64,000 nucleotides of DNA. It comes from Blasia pusilla (Eukaryota). Positions 50,601 through 64,000 of this stretch are shown one piece after another. Location of the stretch: the NCBI GenBank assembly GCA_050084515.1, contig CM114271.1:1054001-1118000 (forward strand), read 5' to 3'. The first letter of the stretch is position 1. Every line of letters starts with the position of its first letter. Both the position numbers and the translations under genes were made by a program. The notes under the pieces are model-generated. The model had not been told where the DNA came from and made no database searches. It was given only the letters and a program-made list of their open reading frames with translations.

Positions 50601-53600
50601 GCTCCATTTCGAAAGAGGCGCACGATCCATGGACCTGCGCTCGTATATGAGCTCGGCCTCAGTGGCCTCGATGGCGCCGCGCAAATCGTCCCAACCTTGT
50701 AGGCCTTTCAGTTGTTCAAGAGCGCGCTCTTTAGACAGTTGTTTATTGATACTCGCGCCGGCCCGCTGTAGGTAGTCCTTCGCAAGGCTACCGTCTGTGT
50801 CCAGAATTCTCAGCAGCCACAAGACGTATCCATGGCCTGCACATGATCACGATGAGAAGCATGACGCACTCTGGAAGATCCACTCAATTTTGTGCTCTGA
50901 CGTTGCGTGATTTCCACGTTTCTGTGAAAGGGGGCGAGGCGAGGTGAATTTCAATGCGTTTCTTACAGCGAGAGGTGCGAAGAGCAAGTAATTGCCAAAA
51001 AGTCCGGAGTAATTTTTTAGAGAAGCGACGGAGAACAGAGCTCGAGTAGCAACTCGGCCAGCACCCGGAGATCTCATGTGTGGCAAGGAGGAGCAAGTCA
51101 AATCGCCTGATTCACGCCATTTTCAAATAAAAGGAAACGAATCGAGCGAGGAACGACGTTTGGTAGGCCTGAAGGCACAGTACTCAGTAAGTCTCAATCT
51201 GGAAAAACTCGGTGCGATATGTTCTTCATTCTATGTGCGTACACGAGAGTTCAGGGAATGGTTAGAATTCGTGGCAGACGAGAAAAGGTGACGGAGTCTG
51301 GCCTCGGTCTTCACTAATTTATTTAGCCTATCTGATCGTTACCTAGATCGCTGATGTATCCAACTACTACTTCATTGGCGTGATGCAGCATGTGAACCTC
51401 GCCTGCAGTGTGCTTGAACACCCTGGACAGTATAAACACCCAAGAGAAATTTTAGTCTCAATATCATGTGTCACATATTATCAATCTCTCCCGTGATGCT
51501 CATCCGATTAGTTGAACTCCAAAAGCACTTCAATTATTTTTGCGCTGTAATCACGAGACACAGCGCCGGCGACACTACCCCATCAAGAATTTCTGCTTTC
51601 CTGCAATTTCTTCGATTCTACAAGCTTATCAAGATTTTTTGTCGGAGGATAAACGAAGTTCTACAAGAAACGTATCAATCAATGACCTCCAGCCAAGAGA
51701 AGGAGCTGAAGTGAAGACTGGCTCGAGAGGGGTAGAATACTGATAAAAGTTTCCATTCGGAATATGGTCCAAACCAACAAACAAGTAGCTCTAACCTGTG
51801 ACAAAGAAATCAGGGAGACGATCCACATGAATGACTCACTTAAGTATCCAAAGGGGTAAAATTGCGCGCCAGGACTTCTAACTTGATAGGAAGGTAGAAG
51901 TTATTCCAGAGAAATACGGAATTATGAAGTTAATACTTCGACAACAGGGAGCAGGAGACACATTCCAGAGACACACGTGCTATGAACGACGGAGCGCGGA
52001 ACAAGAGCATTCAGATATAAAGTGTGCGCGCCGGTGAATCGTAGAGCACACACGTTGGCCAGATATCCGAAAGGCTTGTTTTACGTACGTGTAGCGGCCA
52101 CGAGAAATAGAAAAAATTAATCAGAGAACAAATAACACTAATGACCGAAACAGTAGCTCTTTCTGTTGGGGAAATAGACTCATGAAAGGAATCTCACGGG
52201 TTGGATAAGAAAGGATTGCGATCCCTTACTTGCCACCGGGGTTGTAGACAAGAGCGTTCCAGTTGACGAAGTTCATGTAACGCGGTTCGTCTCCTATCAT
52301 TTGCTTCCGCATAGCCGACCATAATCCATCAGCTCCGACCAACATCTTTGCCCGGACCACTCTCTTTCTGGTTTGCTCCTGATCGCCCTCTCGCACCATA
52401 AACTCCGCGTCCACGGCTTGCCCATCCTGTCCAATTGAAAATGCCCACTGCCAACAATTGAAGTAACATGCTCCACACTTTTCCTTGCACAAGCGGTGAG
52501 TACAGGCTTTGGTAAACATGGCACCGTCTACGATCCACGAGCAATGGAGGGAGCTACAGTAAATGCGTTTACATAAGGCGTGCTCGTCTGCTTACGAGGT
52601 CGACGTCATCGTCAAAGTGTGGGTATGTCTTTCCATGATGTATATTGAAAGGAAAAAGAAAAAATGAGGTAGAGAGAGAGAAAGCATTCGGAATTCAAAG
52701 GTATACTAGAAAAGGGTTCGTTGCATTAGCAGGAAACCCATGATAACATGTAAAGATACTACCTTAATGATTTCGCTCTCCACATCCCTTTTTCAAGTCC
52801 CTTAAGTGTCAATTCCTTTTCAATTTAACATAGTCAGTCAAAATCATAGAAGTGTGTAGATATTTCCCCACGGAAGGTGGCGATTCTTCAACCCTCGGTC
52901 CGGTTGGGGCCGTTCACGTCTTAAGGAACCCGTGCCCCAACTCCTGATACATCTTTGACTTGTCTTCAGCAGCCATCACGGCTGACTTGTGTTCTAAGAA
53001 ATTTCACATAGTTAATCTGTTGAAAAGTTCCTTATCTATGGACAAGCGTTTCTCCATGCTATCGGTTGTAGGTTCTACTTCTAGTTCATACATACAGAGT
53101 AACGAACACCACTTGAAAAAAATTCGCCCATAGTGCTTCTTCGGATAATCGTTAGAAACTCTCTCGTCTTACACGCCCCCATCTCATCTCATCCCATCCC
53201 ACTCACTCACTTTTGTAAGTAGTGAATTTTTTTTGGTTTGAACTATTTGACTAGGAGGCTATTCCTCTATAACTCGCCATTTATTTTAGCAGGTGCACCA
53301 TAACAGGTTTGTCAGCATCTACCTCGATTCTTTATTGCACTTCGAATTGACGAGTACCCCTCGTATTTTCCTCGTGGTTTTGTCCCCTACTCCCCATTCC
53401 TACACTGACTTGACGTTCCGCGTTTTATGCATATGGCATTGCCAGCTAACTCCATTACGTTCAAACGTCTAGACGTTTGAACCTCTCTTTCTCGCGATTC
53501 CTAAGTATTGATACATTCCATCATTCGAGTTGTAGTCGATCCCTTGCCTTCATAACAAGACCTAGCTCTAATGTCGGCTCTTATGATCTTAGACTTAAGT

Positions 53601-55255
53601 CACATAGATTGAGACCGAATCCGGACCCAGCCAGCAACTGACTCCATGGGCTTACCTCTGTGGGCTGGTACCTCACAAACCGGTGATTGCAGTGAATGTT
53701 TTTCTCTTCGAGCAAACCAGCGAACAGGTCCTGACAGAATTTCCATCCGACCATAACGAATTCACCCGGCTTATGATCTATGGGCGTCACAATCTCTCCC
53801 TTTCCTGGTATACGCAGAATATGCTTCACGTGCGAGTCCAATCCCAGGTCCATAATTTGTTGTGCCAAACCTGGCTTAATGCCCTCCAGCGCTCGAATTC
53901 CTGCTCATGAATAAGACAAATTAACTTTTCTCAGACGGATATGGAGATCGAGGCTGTCAGTTTCTTTCGGTGATGATTCTGAATCCACAGTGGAGATCCC
54001 CCTGTACGTACATAGTAGAGCTGGACTCGTACTTTGAAGCTCTCCTGAAACCGCACAATTTCTTTGTCTGCTTCTCCTCCGGCTCTCATTGACAATGTTT
54101 CGATCAAAATCTATAATTTATTGTGACCTCTAAGGTAGCTCTGGAGTTCAATGAGCCGTACGCAGCAGTGCAGTAAAGGAAGCGAAGCGGATGCGATCGA
54201 GCTTCACACCTGGTTGGTTGGAGGTACGTACGTGTAGTCGAGCATGACATGACTTCCACACGTCAGATTCTACAACAGCACTCAACGCTGCACGAACCGT
54301 AAGCTTAAGTGCCAAGAGCAGATGATACTGTGGGGAAGCTAAAGACGAATTTTCGAAACTTTCGCTCGCTTCACCTGCAGAGAATGTTGGAGCACGACTT
54401 CTGCTCTGCTCTGCAAATACACTAACTACATTTGTGCGTCCGTGAAGACGAGGGACCTTATTCGCTAGTTACCCGGAGGACCGGGACGACTTCGTACTTG
54501 GAAGTGCTCATGAATCACAGATCTACTGCATCCATTTTTCATACACTCTCAAGGAGACAGGATCCGGCTCTCGGGACAGAATATAATCTCTTCCCACTGG
54601 AATCCGCAGACAATCCCTCGTCGGTATACTGATTCGAAGTTGCAGATTACAACCACTCCAATGCCCAAGGCCTATTTCGATTTCCGTAATCCCGGCAATT
54701 TCAATCGAGTCTAGAAAGGAGAAAGGACTCGCCACGGAAAGCCGAGCTTGAGTAAGCTGGACGACCCTGCAAAGCTCAAATCCTGGACAGCTCTACTGGA
54801 CCATGCATGGTTCATTCAAACTGTCAAAGACGCCGAGAAATCAGGATGATGCGTGGAATCTGTCATTCCGTGTGGTCTCTTCCCACTCGGAGACAGTAAC
54901 AGTACCATGTCGCATATATCTAGATATACTTCAAAAGACACGATGAAGTCAAGTTCAGCATCGGTACGTGAACTCAAGAGAAGAGAAAGTTCGAGCTATA
55001 GATTGTTTGATTAATTAATTAATTCAGTTTAGTTCACGGGAGGGACTTGCCGTTCAGAGCCATAGACACTGCCGTCGCCGAGTCTGTACGAAGCGAGACT
55101 GCTTTCTCGAAAACGTGTGCATCGATCCCTCGTTCCTGCAGCCCAACAGCCAATGCGAGTCCCCCCAGACCGCCTCCCGCGATCGCCACGTCGACCTCCA
55201 ACACCTCATCGTCGCCGTTCCCCGCCACATCCCACGGCTCTCCGCCCCTTCCCAT
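47620..55255 (-). CDS. FAD-dependent monooxygenase (class A flavoprotein hydroxylase; salicylate hydroxylase / zeaxanthin epoxidase-like fold), 7 exons, about 444 aa
   Basis: Exons 55051-55255, 53656-53900, 52230-52426, 51343-51422, 50567-50836, 48657-48792, 47620-47821 (sum 1335 nt). Intron 1 has a GC donor (AACG|GCAAGT). Fingerprints: GxGxxG VAIAGGGLGGLALA..VFEK, DG motif LVGADGLWSAMR, GD motif LIGDAAHGM..G...AFEDA, and C-terminal FEESRVPRISRI. The start ATG at 55255 is inferred; the ORF track begins at a GTG at 55327. Confidence 0.9.
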
Positions 55256-56374
55256 CGTCGGCGCTGGAACACACTCGCGAGGAGCCGCTGATGAGTCCGG
55301 ACACGTGCGCGTTTCGAAATCGGCCACCTGAGCCCAAACGTTCTGCGCTGTTTTGGTCTCTGCTACTCAAGAGGAGGAGCGTAAAATTCAAATGTGGAGA
55401 TCTACCAATGGGCGCTGCACATACATATGCAAACTGGGGAAAGGAGCTCGGAAGAGCTGCGAACGTGTCGCCCGCAGAGCAGTGCTGAAGGTGCCGCGCG
55501 CGAGAAAAACACCTGCATGGGCTGAAGGAAATATGGGGACGGAAATTGCATGGAGATCTGGACGGAAAGTGACGGCTGTTGGGAGGATCGGCAGGGTGTC
55601 AGTCAGTAGTCAGTTCAGCTCCGTTCACGGCCTTTATACCGTTCGTTAATCCGACGTGGATCGAAGCTTGGTGGGTGGGCCCATCGTTATCGATGCATCT
55701 TGCCGTCCTCTCCAATCCAGGCTCTCTTAGGAAATGTCTTTCGGGTCCTAGTCCTCTATCCTATGCAAGGTCTGATTAGAGTTTCATGCCATTTCATTTG
55801 GGTATCACGTAGATTCAGCCAGCGGTAAGGCGAGATCTACCACTTTCATGATTTGGGGCGCTGGCGCGAGTGTCCGAAGTCGGAAAAGTAATCGGAAATT
55901 GTAGGAAAATTTGGAACAGGCTGTAGTGCTTGGATTGAATCCTTGCTGAATCTGCGTTGCAATTTTTGCAGCGTGGAAAGACCAAGGACCATTCCAAGGT
56001 TTGTGCAATCTCCACCATAGATCATGGCAAATTACGATCTCGCGACCCTAAAAACGGCCCATGGGGACTGACCCTAAAATTCTAAACTCCCCGTTCTGTC
56101 AACTCGTTTTCCCGTTTCAAAGGAACGAGAATATTGCTTCGTGTTGGTTAGAAATGCCTCGTGTATGAGTGGAGGGAGAATCCTGGTAGGATCCTATGGA
56201 GAAGAGCATATGAGAGGTGAATATAAGGAGATGAGGAAGTTACCCATATGAAACATATTTCGGTGTAGTTTCGCTTGTGGGCATCCATTAATCCATACTA
56301 TTATTACAACATCCTATCTTGATTTTAGACCTCCCGCACTGTCCATCTTAACGAATAGGAAATTGATACGTGTC

Positions 56375-58877
56375 GCCCCTCGACAAAGTTCCAGAGGGTC
56401 ATGGATAGGATCTTGGCAGGTCTGGAATTTACGAGATTATATATTGATGACATCGTAGTCTTTAGTGCCACAGTTGAGAAGCATGAGTGACATTTAGAGG
56501 AGGTATTTTGACGATTACAATCACATGGGCTGAAGCTACATCCACGCAAGTGCAAGTACAAGTTCTTCTATAACCAGATTGAGTGTTTGGTTAATATAAT
56601 ATACCCAGATGGCCTTGGTGTGCAGTAGATGAAGGCAGAGGCTATCTCGTGCATGCATTCCACGTCCTACAAATGTGAGTTGAGCTTATGCATTCAAGGG
56701 ATTGGAAAAATTTTACAAATGGTATGTCAAGGGTTAAAGTTCAATTGCAAAGCCACTAACCTTGCTGACCGAGATGGATCACAAGTAGCATTGGAAGGAT
56801 GAGCACGAGAGAGCATATTAGCTACTCAAGGACACATTGACATTTGTGCCCATACTAAGCATGTCGATTAGGGGGCATCCTTTCCAATTACATGCAAATT
56901 GGAATATGTTGGGGCTTGGAGCAGTGCACACCCAACATGATGATGAGGGTAGAGAGTTCATGATGGCTTACAATAGTCGCTCGAACAATGAGGCAAAGTA
57001 TAGTTCGTATGAGGATGAGTGCTTGGCTATACTGTGGGTTTTCGTGCATTGCACATGTTACTTATTCAAAAACCCCTTTACCATCACAACTGATCATCAA
57101 CCACGTAAGTGGTCGATGAAGTCCAACAAGCTTACAGAGAAGCTTGCGAGGTGGGCGTTATTGTTGCACGAGTATGACTTTCAGATGGTGGATTGACCTA
57201 GGACGCTCAACCACGACGCAGATGGTTTAAGCCGTACCGAATGCATGAGTCAACGAGATGCAATTGGAACTCGTTTCCATGGAGAGACTGATGAGGAGGT
57301 GGTGCAAGGATGAAACGCGTCAACTTATTCGGGCTTGTTGGATATGGAGAGCCAAAGTGTTGAGATTTTGATGGCAATGTCTGATGGAAAGCCCTTAGAT
57401 CCAAAGGCCAATAAGTAGGCGACATGTGGTTGAAATATTCACGAGGATGGAGTAGTCTTGGAGTACATGCGTATTGGCAGCGTTACAAGCACAGTGGATG
57501 CTAGAGTGCGGGATCGAATCCTTAAGGGAGCCAAACGGTTCCGGTGGGAGGGAACGCGTGTGTTGTGAGTTTGGAAGGATGGTAGAGTATGTGTAGTGCC
57601 TCATCCTTTGCAAAGATCACGCTTTTGGTGCATCATGCCCATAAAGAATTGGGTCACTTTGGAGTAAAGCGGACATACAACTTACTCCAAATACAATGTT
57701 AGTGGTAAGGCATGTAGACTGATGTGCGGTAGTTTGTTGCAAGATACTTGGTGTGTGATCAGGTCCGGGCTCATTCAATGCTCCCACTCCACATTTATAT
57801 CCATTTCTGATCATGGATTTAGGTTATAGGTGGAGTTTTGATTTTGCAAGATATTTACCTTTGATGGAGCGTCACAATCGTTATGTGTTGGTGATGGTCG
57901 AGCACTTCTCGGAGTTGATAGAGTTGGTTGCATTTCGTGACAAAGCAAGTGAGGGAGTAGCATATACTTTCCTAGATCAATTTTTGATTCATTCTGGCAC
58001 ACCAACTGAGGTGTTGACAAACCAGGTACAGAGTTATGCAGGGAGTTATAGGCCTTGGGTGATCAGGCGCAGATTATCCACTATAGTACTTTGCAAGATC
58101 ATCTTGAGGCGGATAGATTGGTGGTGAGAGTTTTTCAAATGGTGAAGAGAGGTTTATGCAAGTATGGCTTGCAGTGAGGTCATCTAGAAGATTGGGACAT
58201 ATAGTTGTCGTGGTTGGCAAAGGGATATAGATTCAGCAAACAAGCATCCTTAACATCTCTCTCACAATACTTGTTGCTTTATGGTCGAGATCTTGATTTA
58301 CCTATAGCCATTTTTTGTAATTTTGATGAGATGTTGAACCTCAATGACCTTCATATATAGATGCGAGCATGTTCTCAAAGGGTTGAGCTATTTCAGAGAG
58401 TTATGCCCGTGGTATTTGAAAACTTTGTGGGATCGTGCAGCATTGGGATATTTTAAGTTATGCAACCATTTGAGAAGGTGGTTATCGACCAAAGATCCAA
58501 AGGTTTAAACAAGGAGACTATGTCTCCTTATAACACACGGCACCTACAACGTTGGATGTGACCACAGGGCGCACCCTCTTGAGAGTGAGTGATGTCTTGC
58601 CATCTAGTGCTCTCTTCTTAGAGGGACAAGATGGTATGGTTTGGAAGGACCATATGCGTAATTGTGCATTTTTTCACATTCCTAAAATTGATGGTACAAT
58701 TGATTCAAGCTTAGAAGTAGCTCCAACAGGCTTACATTGTTTTTTGTGTGGTTTTGCCCGTGGTGCAACCACCATGCTAGTCTATAATGGATGTTCAAGG
58801 GGTGGCACATGGCATGTCTGACTCCACTTCTCACTTGGGTTCCTTAGGGATAATGCATGTGCGAGAGATGTTCATAG
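56375..58877 (+). mobile_element. Degenerate, 5'-truncated Ty3/Gypsy pol (RT - RNase H - integrase - PHD finger)
   Basis: RT: KFQRVMDRILAGL..YIDDIVVFS, GLKLHP.KC. RNase H: PFQLH, GLGAV, YSSYEDECLAI, FTITTDHQP, KLARWALLLHEYDF. Integrase: H..LGHFG, RWSFDF, YVLVMVEHFS. It ends in a C4HC3 PHD pattern at 58738-58874. Many stops and frameshifts. A purine tract GATAGGGAGGAAA (59002-59014) may be the PPT before an undelimited 3' LTR. Confidence 0.88.
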
Positions 58878-61800
58878 AGTAGAGAGTACGTAGTCATAGA
58901 TTTAAACTTACGTCTATGACATGGACAAGACGACAACTAACGATGGGACCCCATGAGCATCCGACCTTTTTTTCTTTTAATGTCATAAAGATGTATGTCA
59001 CGATAGGGAGGAAATGATGGTTATATGGAGTTAGAGGCATCTATCGACCAACTAACTATGGGGGCGATTGGAGATATGTTGGTACTCGATCATCTCGATG
59101 ATTTCGATGCCATAAGTTTTTCTGTATATTCGGTGACATCGATGTATATTGTGTAGCATTGTATATGCGCACAATAATTGTTACGTCTTTAGGATGGATC
59201 GATGATTTTATGAAAGAGCGTCTTTGAGGATATTGGTGGGTCGTCTCAAGAGGTCGAGGATGACTTGTTGAGGCCACACGTAACCTGAGAAAACATGTTC
59301 CCTCCTTTGTTTCAGCTCATTTGGAGCCGTGTAGATAAATTGACTATTTTGGGTAAGTTACAACTTTTAGTATAGTTGACTTTCCACTTTGAGAAGTGGC
59401 CCTTCGCCCCCTACATCAGGTCAAGAGCTAAGGAGGTAACATGCGAGCATAGGCTACTGTGAAGAGAGCTTGGGAGATGGAAGGGGATATACCCAAGGAG
59501 AGAGAGCTTTGGAGCTCAATCTCTCTTTGTTGAAGATCTTAGCATCAAACGGCGGAGTTATGGTCCTTCTTCTTGCCTTGTGAGAAACCCAAGCCTCTCA
59601 TTAGAAGAGTGGGTTTGGTTTGGAACACACCGTATCAAAGTTGAACTTCTTTGAGATTTACTAAACTGTAGTGCATGGTGTATGATTGCCTGCTAACTAC
59701 TAGCTTTCAAGTCTTTACTCAGCCAAAACTCATATGTGCTTGCTCATGCAATTTCACATTTATGCTCAACTAGGCATAGCATATCTATTTCATGTATTCA
59801 TGCTACTGATACAATAATGTTTGTATTTTTCTGATTCTCTGATCCCTTCATCAACGAGTCCAGGCCTTCTCGATGGCTCCTTTTTGGAAAACACAATGCT
59901 TTGAACACAACAGCAAAGTGAACTGCTCCCAACTACACAAGTGACCCCGTTTGGCCTCTAGACCAATTGGCAGCTACACTTATGCTCCCGGTTGGCCTCT
60001 GGATCAGCTTGACACTTGCTTCTATCTCGGCATCCCTCTCAACAAGATATAATGTCTACAAAGGAATTTCGTAGCATTACAAATGGCAACTAGAAGAAGA
60101 GCAATGAAAAGCATGCAAGGAAAGGGGAAGGGTATAGTGAAGAGTGGCACTTCATAGAAAAAGCACTATGGCGTGAAGCGTGCAGATGCTACGCCTTTGG
60201 AGAGCTACAAGTGGCCTCCAACAACACATGATGAGTGTATCCCATTGAGTGGCTATAAGAATTCTCGGTTGGCCATTAGCCCTATTTGGGGCACAAGGTA
60301 ACAAGGTTGAGTCGTTCAGAAGCTCCACTCTTTGGAGAGGCCCAAAGGGATTCCATACCTTTGTCAGATGGGGAGAGGGGTTAAGTGCATATAGGGTATT
60401 TCTTGAGGGATGTGAAAGATATGAATGTATCTGAGGAGGGCGTTCAGGCAATCCCACAATATCAATTGAAGAGGCCCACAAGTCAAAGATAAGTTGTAAT
60501 GGCGTCTACAAGAAGGGTCGGAGACACTAGTTCCAAATACCCAAGAGTTCTGGCCATCAATAGAATGCTCCCCACCCTTGAAGGATAAGGCAACTAAACC
60601 AATCCCATGAGTAACTCAAAAGCCTCGACAACCTAAAAGGGAACGACGCACGCTACTCAAACTAGAGATCCTGATGTGAGATGACCACTATTTCTCTATA
60701 ATTATCATAGTAACACTTTACGTTAGAGTAGGAAACCTAGCTTGCAATGAGAAGAATTTCCATTGAAGCAACATAGTTTTTCACTAATAGCATGTGTGGT
60801 TGGAATTTTTCTATTATGTCTCTAATGGAGAGAAGAGCTCGATGACTCTAAAATTTGGAGTCACATAGAGGTCTAATGCTTAAGAAAATTGTGCCCTAGA
60901 AAGAGAGCAAAGAAGTATATGTACTTTGAACCAGTAAGAGCCCACCCACGACCTAGATGAAGAAGCGAGAAGGTGACTAATACATCCACTTTTTTTGAGG
61001 CTAAAGAACGCATGACAATCAACCTCTCACAACCTTAGCAACCTATCCCAACAACATCAAAGAAATGAGCAAGGAGAGAGGCAAAAATCGATCCGTTATA
61101 AGACCATCAAGCCCTAGCTACGTTCTCCATTAACACTTGAGTGCACACCAGTTGTGAGGACATCTAGAAAGCACCCATGAACTCTTCAGACCTTGAAGCC
61201 TTGGAAACAAGACGAAGACTATCTTCGCGTTTCATATATGCAGATGCCCAAAATGCATCCACAAGCTCACCAAAAGTACACGAAATTGCAATCATTACAC
61301 AAACGAGCACACAAAGGAGGCAAAGCTTGGCTGCCTGGGGGATATAAATCTAGGACTAACGTGAGGGAGCCAACGACGGGCTTCCAGGTGGGAGCGATGT
61401 GGGAGCGGCTACACAAGCGACAATGTGAGCATCTCAGTAGGAATGCAAGGGAGGGGGGGGAGTAGCAGATAGAGCCGGATCAAAAGGCAACGCGCTATTT
61501 CCGCCTTCCGTGAGATGGGGCCTTTGGGGATGAGAGCGTATGCTCTCTCATCTCCAAAGAGAGCTCTGACCCCGATGGCTCTCACAACCATCAGGTCCGT
61601 CAATGAAGATGTAGATGTTAGATCTGCGTTGTTGATCTAACGGTGCAAGAATTGCCCTATCCATTTAGCGGTGCTTAGATGCAGCCGTTGTTAGATGGAT
61701 TCTTGGATCCTTGTTGGCTTTAGGGTTGGGGTTAGGCTAGGAGTAGGCTAGGGTGGGATTTTTTTAATATATTTTTTCAAGTAATCTTTTTCAAATAAAA

Positions 61801-63529
61801 TTTATTTTAAAATTGTATTCGAATTTTTTTACCTTGTCCTTTTTTACTTCTTACTCCCCTTCAAAATTTTCTCCTTCTTAGTTAGGTTTCTTTTAACTAT
61901 TTTTTCTACCATGTTTGTCTTACAAAATTTTATCTTATCCTCTATTTTACTTTTTACTCTCTTTCAAAAAACATTTCTTTCCTTCTTACTTAGATTTTTT
62001 TTCCTTTCATTCCATTTATACGAACTCCTCTTTGTTTTTTATTCTTCATATGTCGACTCTCGATCATATGTTGGTGGACATGGATAGACGACCGCTCGCT
62101 CTTATCACAAATATACCAATCCCTTCTTAGAGAACTGGAGGACAAGCCATCATATTGAATATTGATGGCCTTTACTTATTCCCCTTGGCGCTCGCATCTT
62201 TTGAGGGGGTGCTATGTAGGTTTGAAGTAACCTCACTTTCTTTGGAGCTTCTCCAAACCCGAAAGGTCTGCACCTCTCTCCTATGTGAACATAATTCATT
62301 TGTGCCATTTGTTAGTAGTGTTCAAATTTGGTATTTTTGGAGAAGCCTACTTTTTTTAGCGCCTTCCCTAACATTTATCGTGCACATTTCCACATTTTCT
62401 ATGTTGAATCCCTCTTCCATTAATTCCTACAAATCTACATAATTTTCACAAATTGGCACGTGTGGAGGCTCAAAAAAGAAGTTGTGTGTTTCGTGCATAG
62501 AAACTAACGCCCCAAGTGTAAATACGCCCTGTTCTATTGATTGAATCGTCTCCAACGTAAGTTCATTCCATCCACGATCATTTCTCATGCCAATATATTT
62601 TTGACCTTTATCTAAAGACTCTTATTTATAATTCTTATGTTTATTCAGACTCCCAATTTCCTCAAATCCCATAGACATACGTGATTTTTGAATGGTATTT
62701 TGTGGCAAAGTTCAGGAAAGGAAACGAGCCAATCGTGATGATAAATTGGCAATTCAACGACAAAAAAAGAGGACCTACCAACAAGAGTATAAGGGTTTCA
62801 CGTTCATTCCTCTTCTATTTTGGTAGTAGAGGTCATTTCAAGTCTTCAAAATATCCAACCACCAACTAATGGAAGTCCATCCATAAGGTCTTATATTCGA
62901 ACTTGTGTTTCCTTCTTTTTGTGCATCTTTGCTCTTAACCCTTCCACATTCATATCCAACTTTGTGTTCTTTCTAATCTTTGTAAACTTTCTCTCTTTTT
63001 GCAAGCCTCTCAATGATTGATGTAATGGTTTGGTAGATAGAATTATGGAGGTGGAGAAGATGAGTTCATTCAAAAATATTCTACAATTCAGGTACAAGAA
63101 GTTGCCACTTATGGATCGCCAAGAGTTCAATTACCTAGCATCTCACTCTATGAAGTTTCCGAGATTCCTACGACTAGGCAACAGTACAGACAACACCAAG
63201 AGATGAGTTAACTACCAATACCCTTATTCAAGATGGACTATTGGAGACTCAACATGAAGTCATCAATAATGCCTCAACTCTTCGCAATATTTGGAGTGAA
63301 GTAGTCTTAAGAGTGGATATTTTTCCATTTGCGCTTGATGAAAGCATGTTACCAATACAACGTGCCACTAACCCAAATGCCTGCACAATTTTCCCTTTGC
63401 CTAATATTGATAGAGTCGTAAGGGTTAACAAATTTTCTCAATATTGCAAGGAGACCAAACTTCCAAGAAAGTGATATTATGAAGTTGCGATTACAAAAGA
63501 GTTTCAATCCTACAAGTGGTCGTCATACA

Positions 63530-64000
63530 ATGGGTCATATGATGGAAATATATCCATCATGCCGTGCTCTAGATTGGAAATATGAAATGGTGAGAGGTCC
63601 AAGTCTCATGACTCATCATATGGTATATGTTTTGACCATGGGAAGATATCTTTGCCCCTTTTGAAGGCATCTCCTCCATTCTTGAAATCATTGATTTTAG
63701 GTGTTGTTCCTATAGCTAGGAGTTTTTTTTTTCCTCATCCAAGAGTTTACAATTTTGCACTTCAACTAGCATATACTTGACACTTCAGGGTTCAAGGTAG
63801 GATCTATCATTCTATTGGACCCTTACATCTTGAGATGGGGACTAATCCCCAATTTTTTGTATTTTACATTCATGATACTATAAATGAATTGGAGAATGGT
63901 GAAAGAGTTATGTGTAGGTTTATTCATTTTAATTATAAGATCTTGAAAGGGATACAAGAGATATTCTATGAATGCAATCTATATGTCAATATTTTTTGTT
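63530..64000 (+). mobile_element. Degenerate Helitron Rep/helicase N-terminal coding fragment, continuing beyond the window
   Basis: Frameshifted translation: PSCRALDWKYE..GICFDHGKISLPLLKASPPFLKSL..RVYNFALQLAYT..PQFFVFYIHDTINELEN..ILKGIQEIFYECNLYVNIF. This matches the pattern C..C.A..W..E..CC..GK..LP..P..L..L / IR.YN / FAQLYIYD..NE..NR / LQ.ML...NPYV..F of plant Helitrons. Confidence 0.8.

Noticed and set aside
51686..52162. Alternative small exons for the monooxygenase (51686-51795, 51840-51877, 52146-52162)
   Set aside because: Not needed: the acceptor at 51422 restores the frame directly (GGK-VFKHTAGEVH).
59015..63130. Possible Gypsy 3' LTR and further decayed transposon pieces (LINE- or MULE-like)
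   Set aside because: No matching 5' LTR, clear termini or diagnostic protein motifs could be read.

Overview
Eukaryotic land-plant genomic DNA, probably a bryophyte or lycophyte (inferred from intron style and transposon types). Four intact spliced genes were reconstructed by hand, each with a total CDS length divisible by 3: (1) a 15-exon MLO membrane protein (+, 1625-11327, 624 aa); (2) a 4-exon secreted GH31 alpha-glucosidase/alpha-xylosidase (+, 20936-25277, about 920 aa); (3) a 22-exon PH-START-DUF1336 EDR2-like protein (-, 27593-37589, 780 aa); (4) a 7-exon FAD-dependent monooxygenase (-, 47620-55255, about 444 aa, first intron GC-AG). Mobile DNA: a full-length but decayed Ty1/Copia element (13483-18868), a 180-bp non-autonomous Helitron with related termini elsewhere, a 5'-truncated RLE-type (CRE-like) non-LTR retrotransposon with a 10-bp TSD, a decayed Ty3/Gypsy pol ending in a PHD finger, and a Helitron Rep fragment running off the right edge. 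The most unusual signals are: serial tandem duplications that captured gene boundaries (the MLO exon-3 acceptor, giving a candidate poison exon, and the GH31 stop codon); a perfect 29-bp intronic hairpin; a 20-nt intronic antisense copy of the EDR2-like last exon; a repeat of about 135 bp shared by introns of two genes; and the PHD-tailed Gypsy integrase. All calls come from manual reading; no searches were run.
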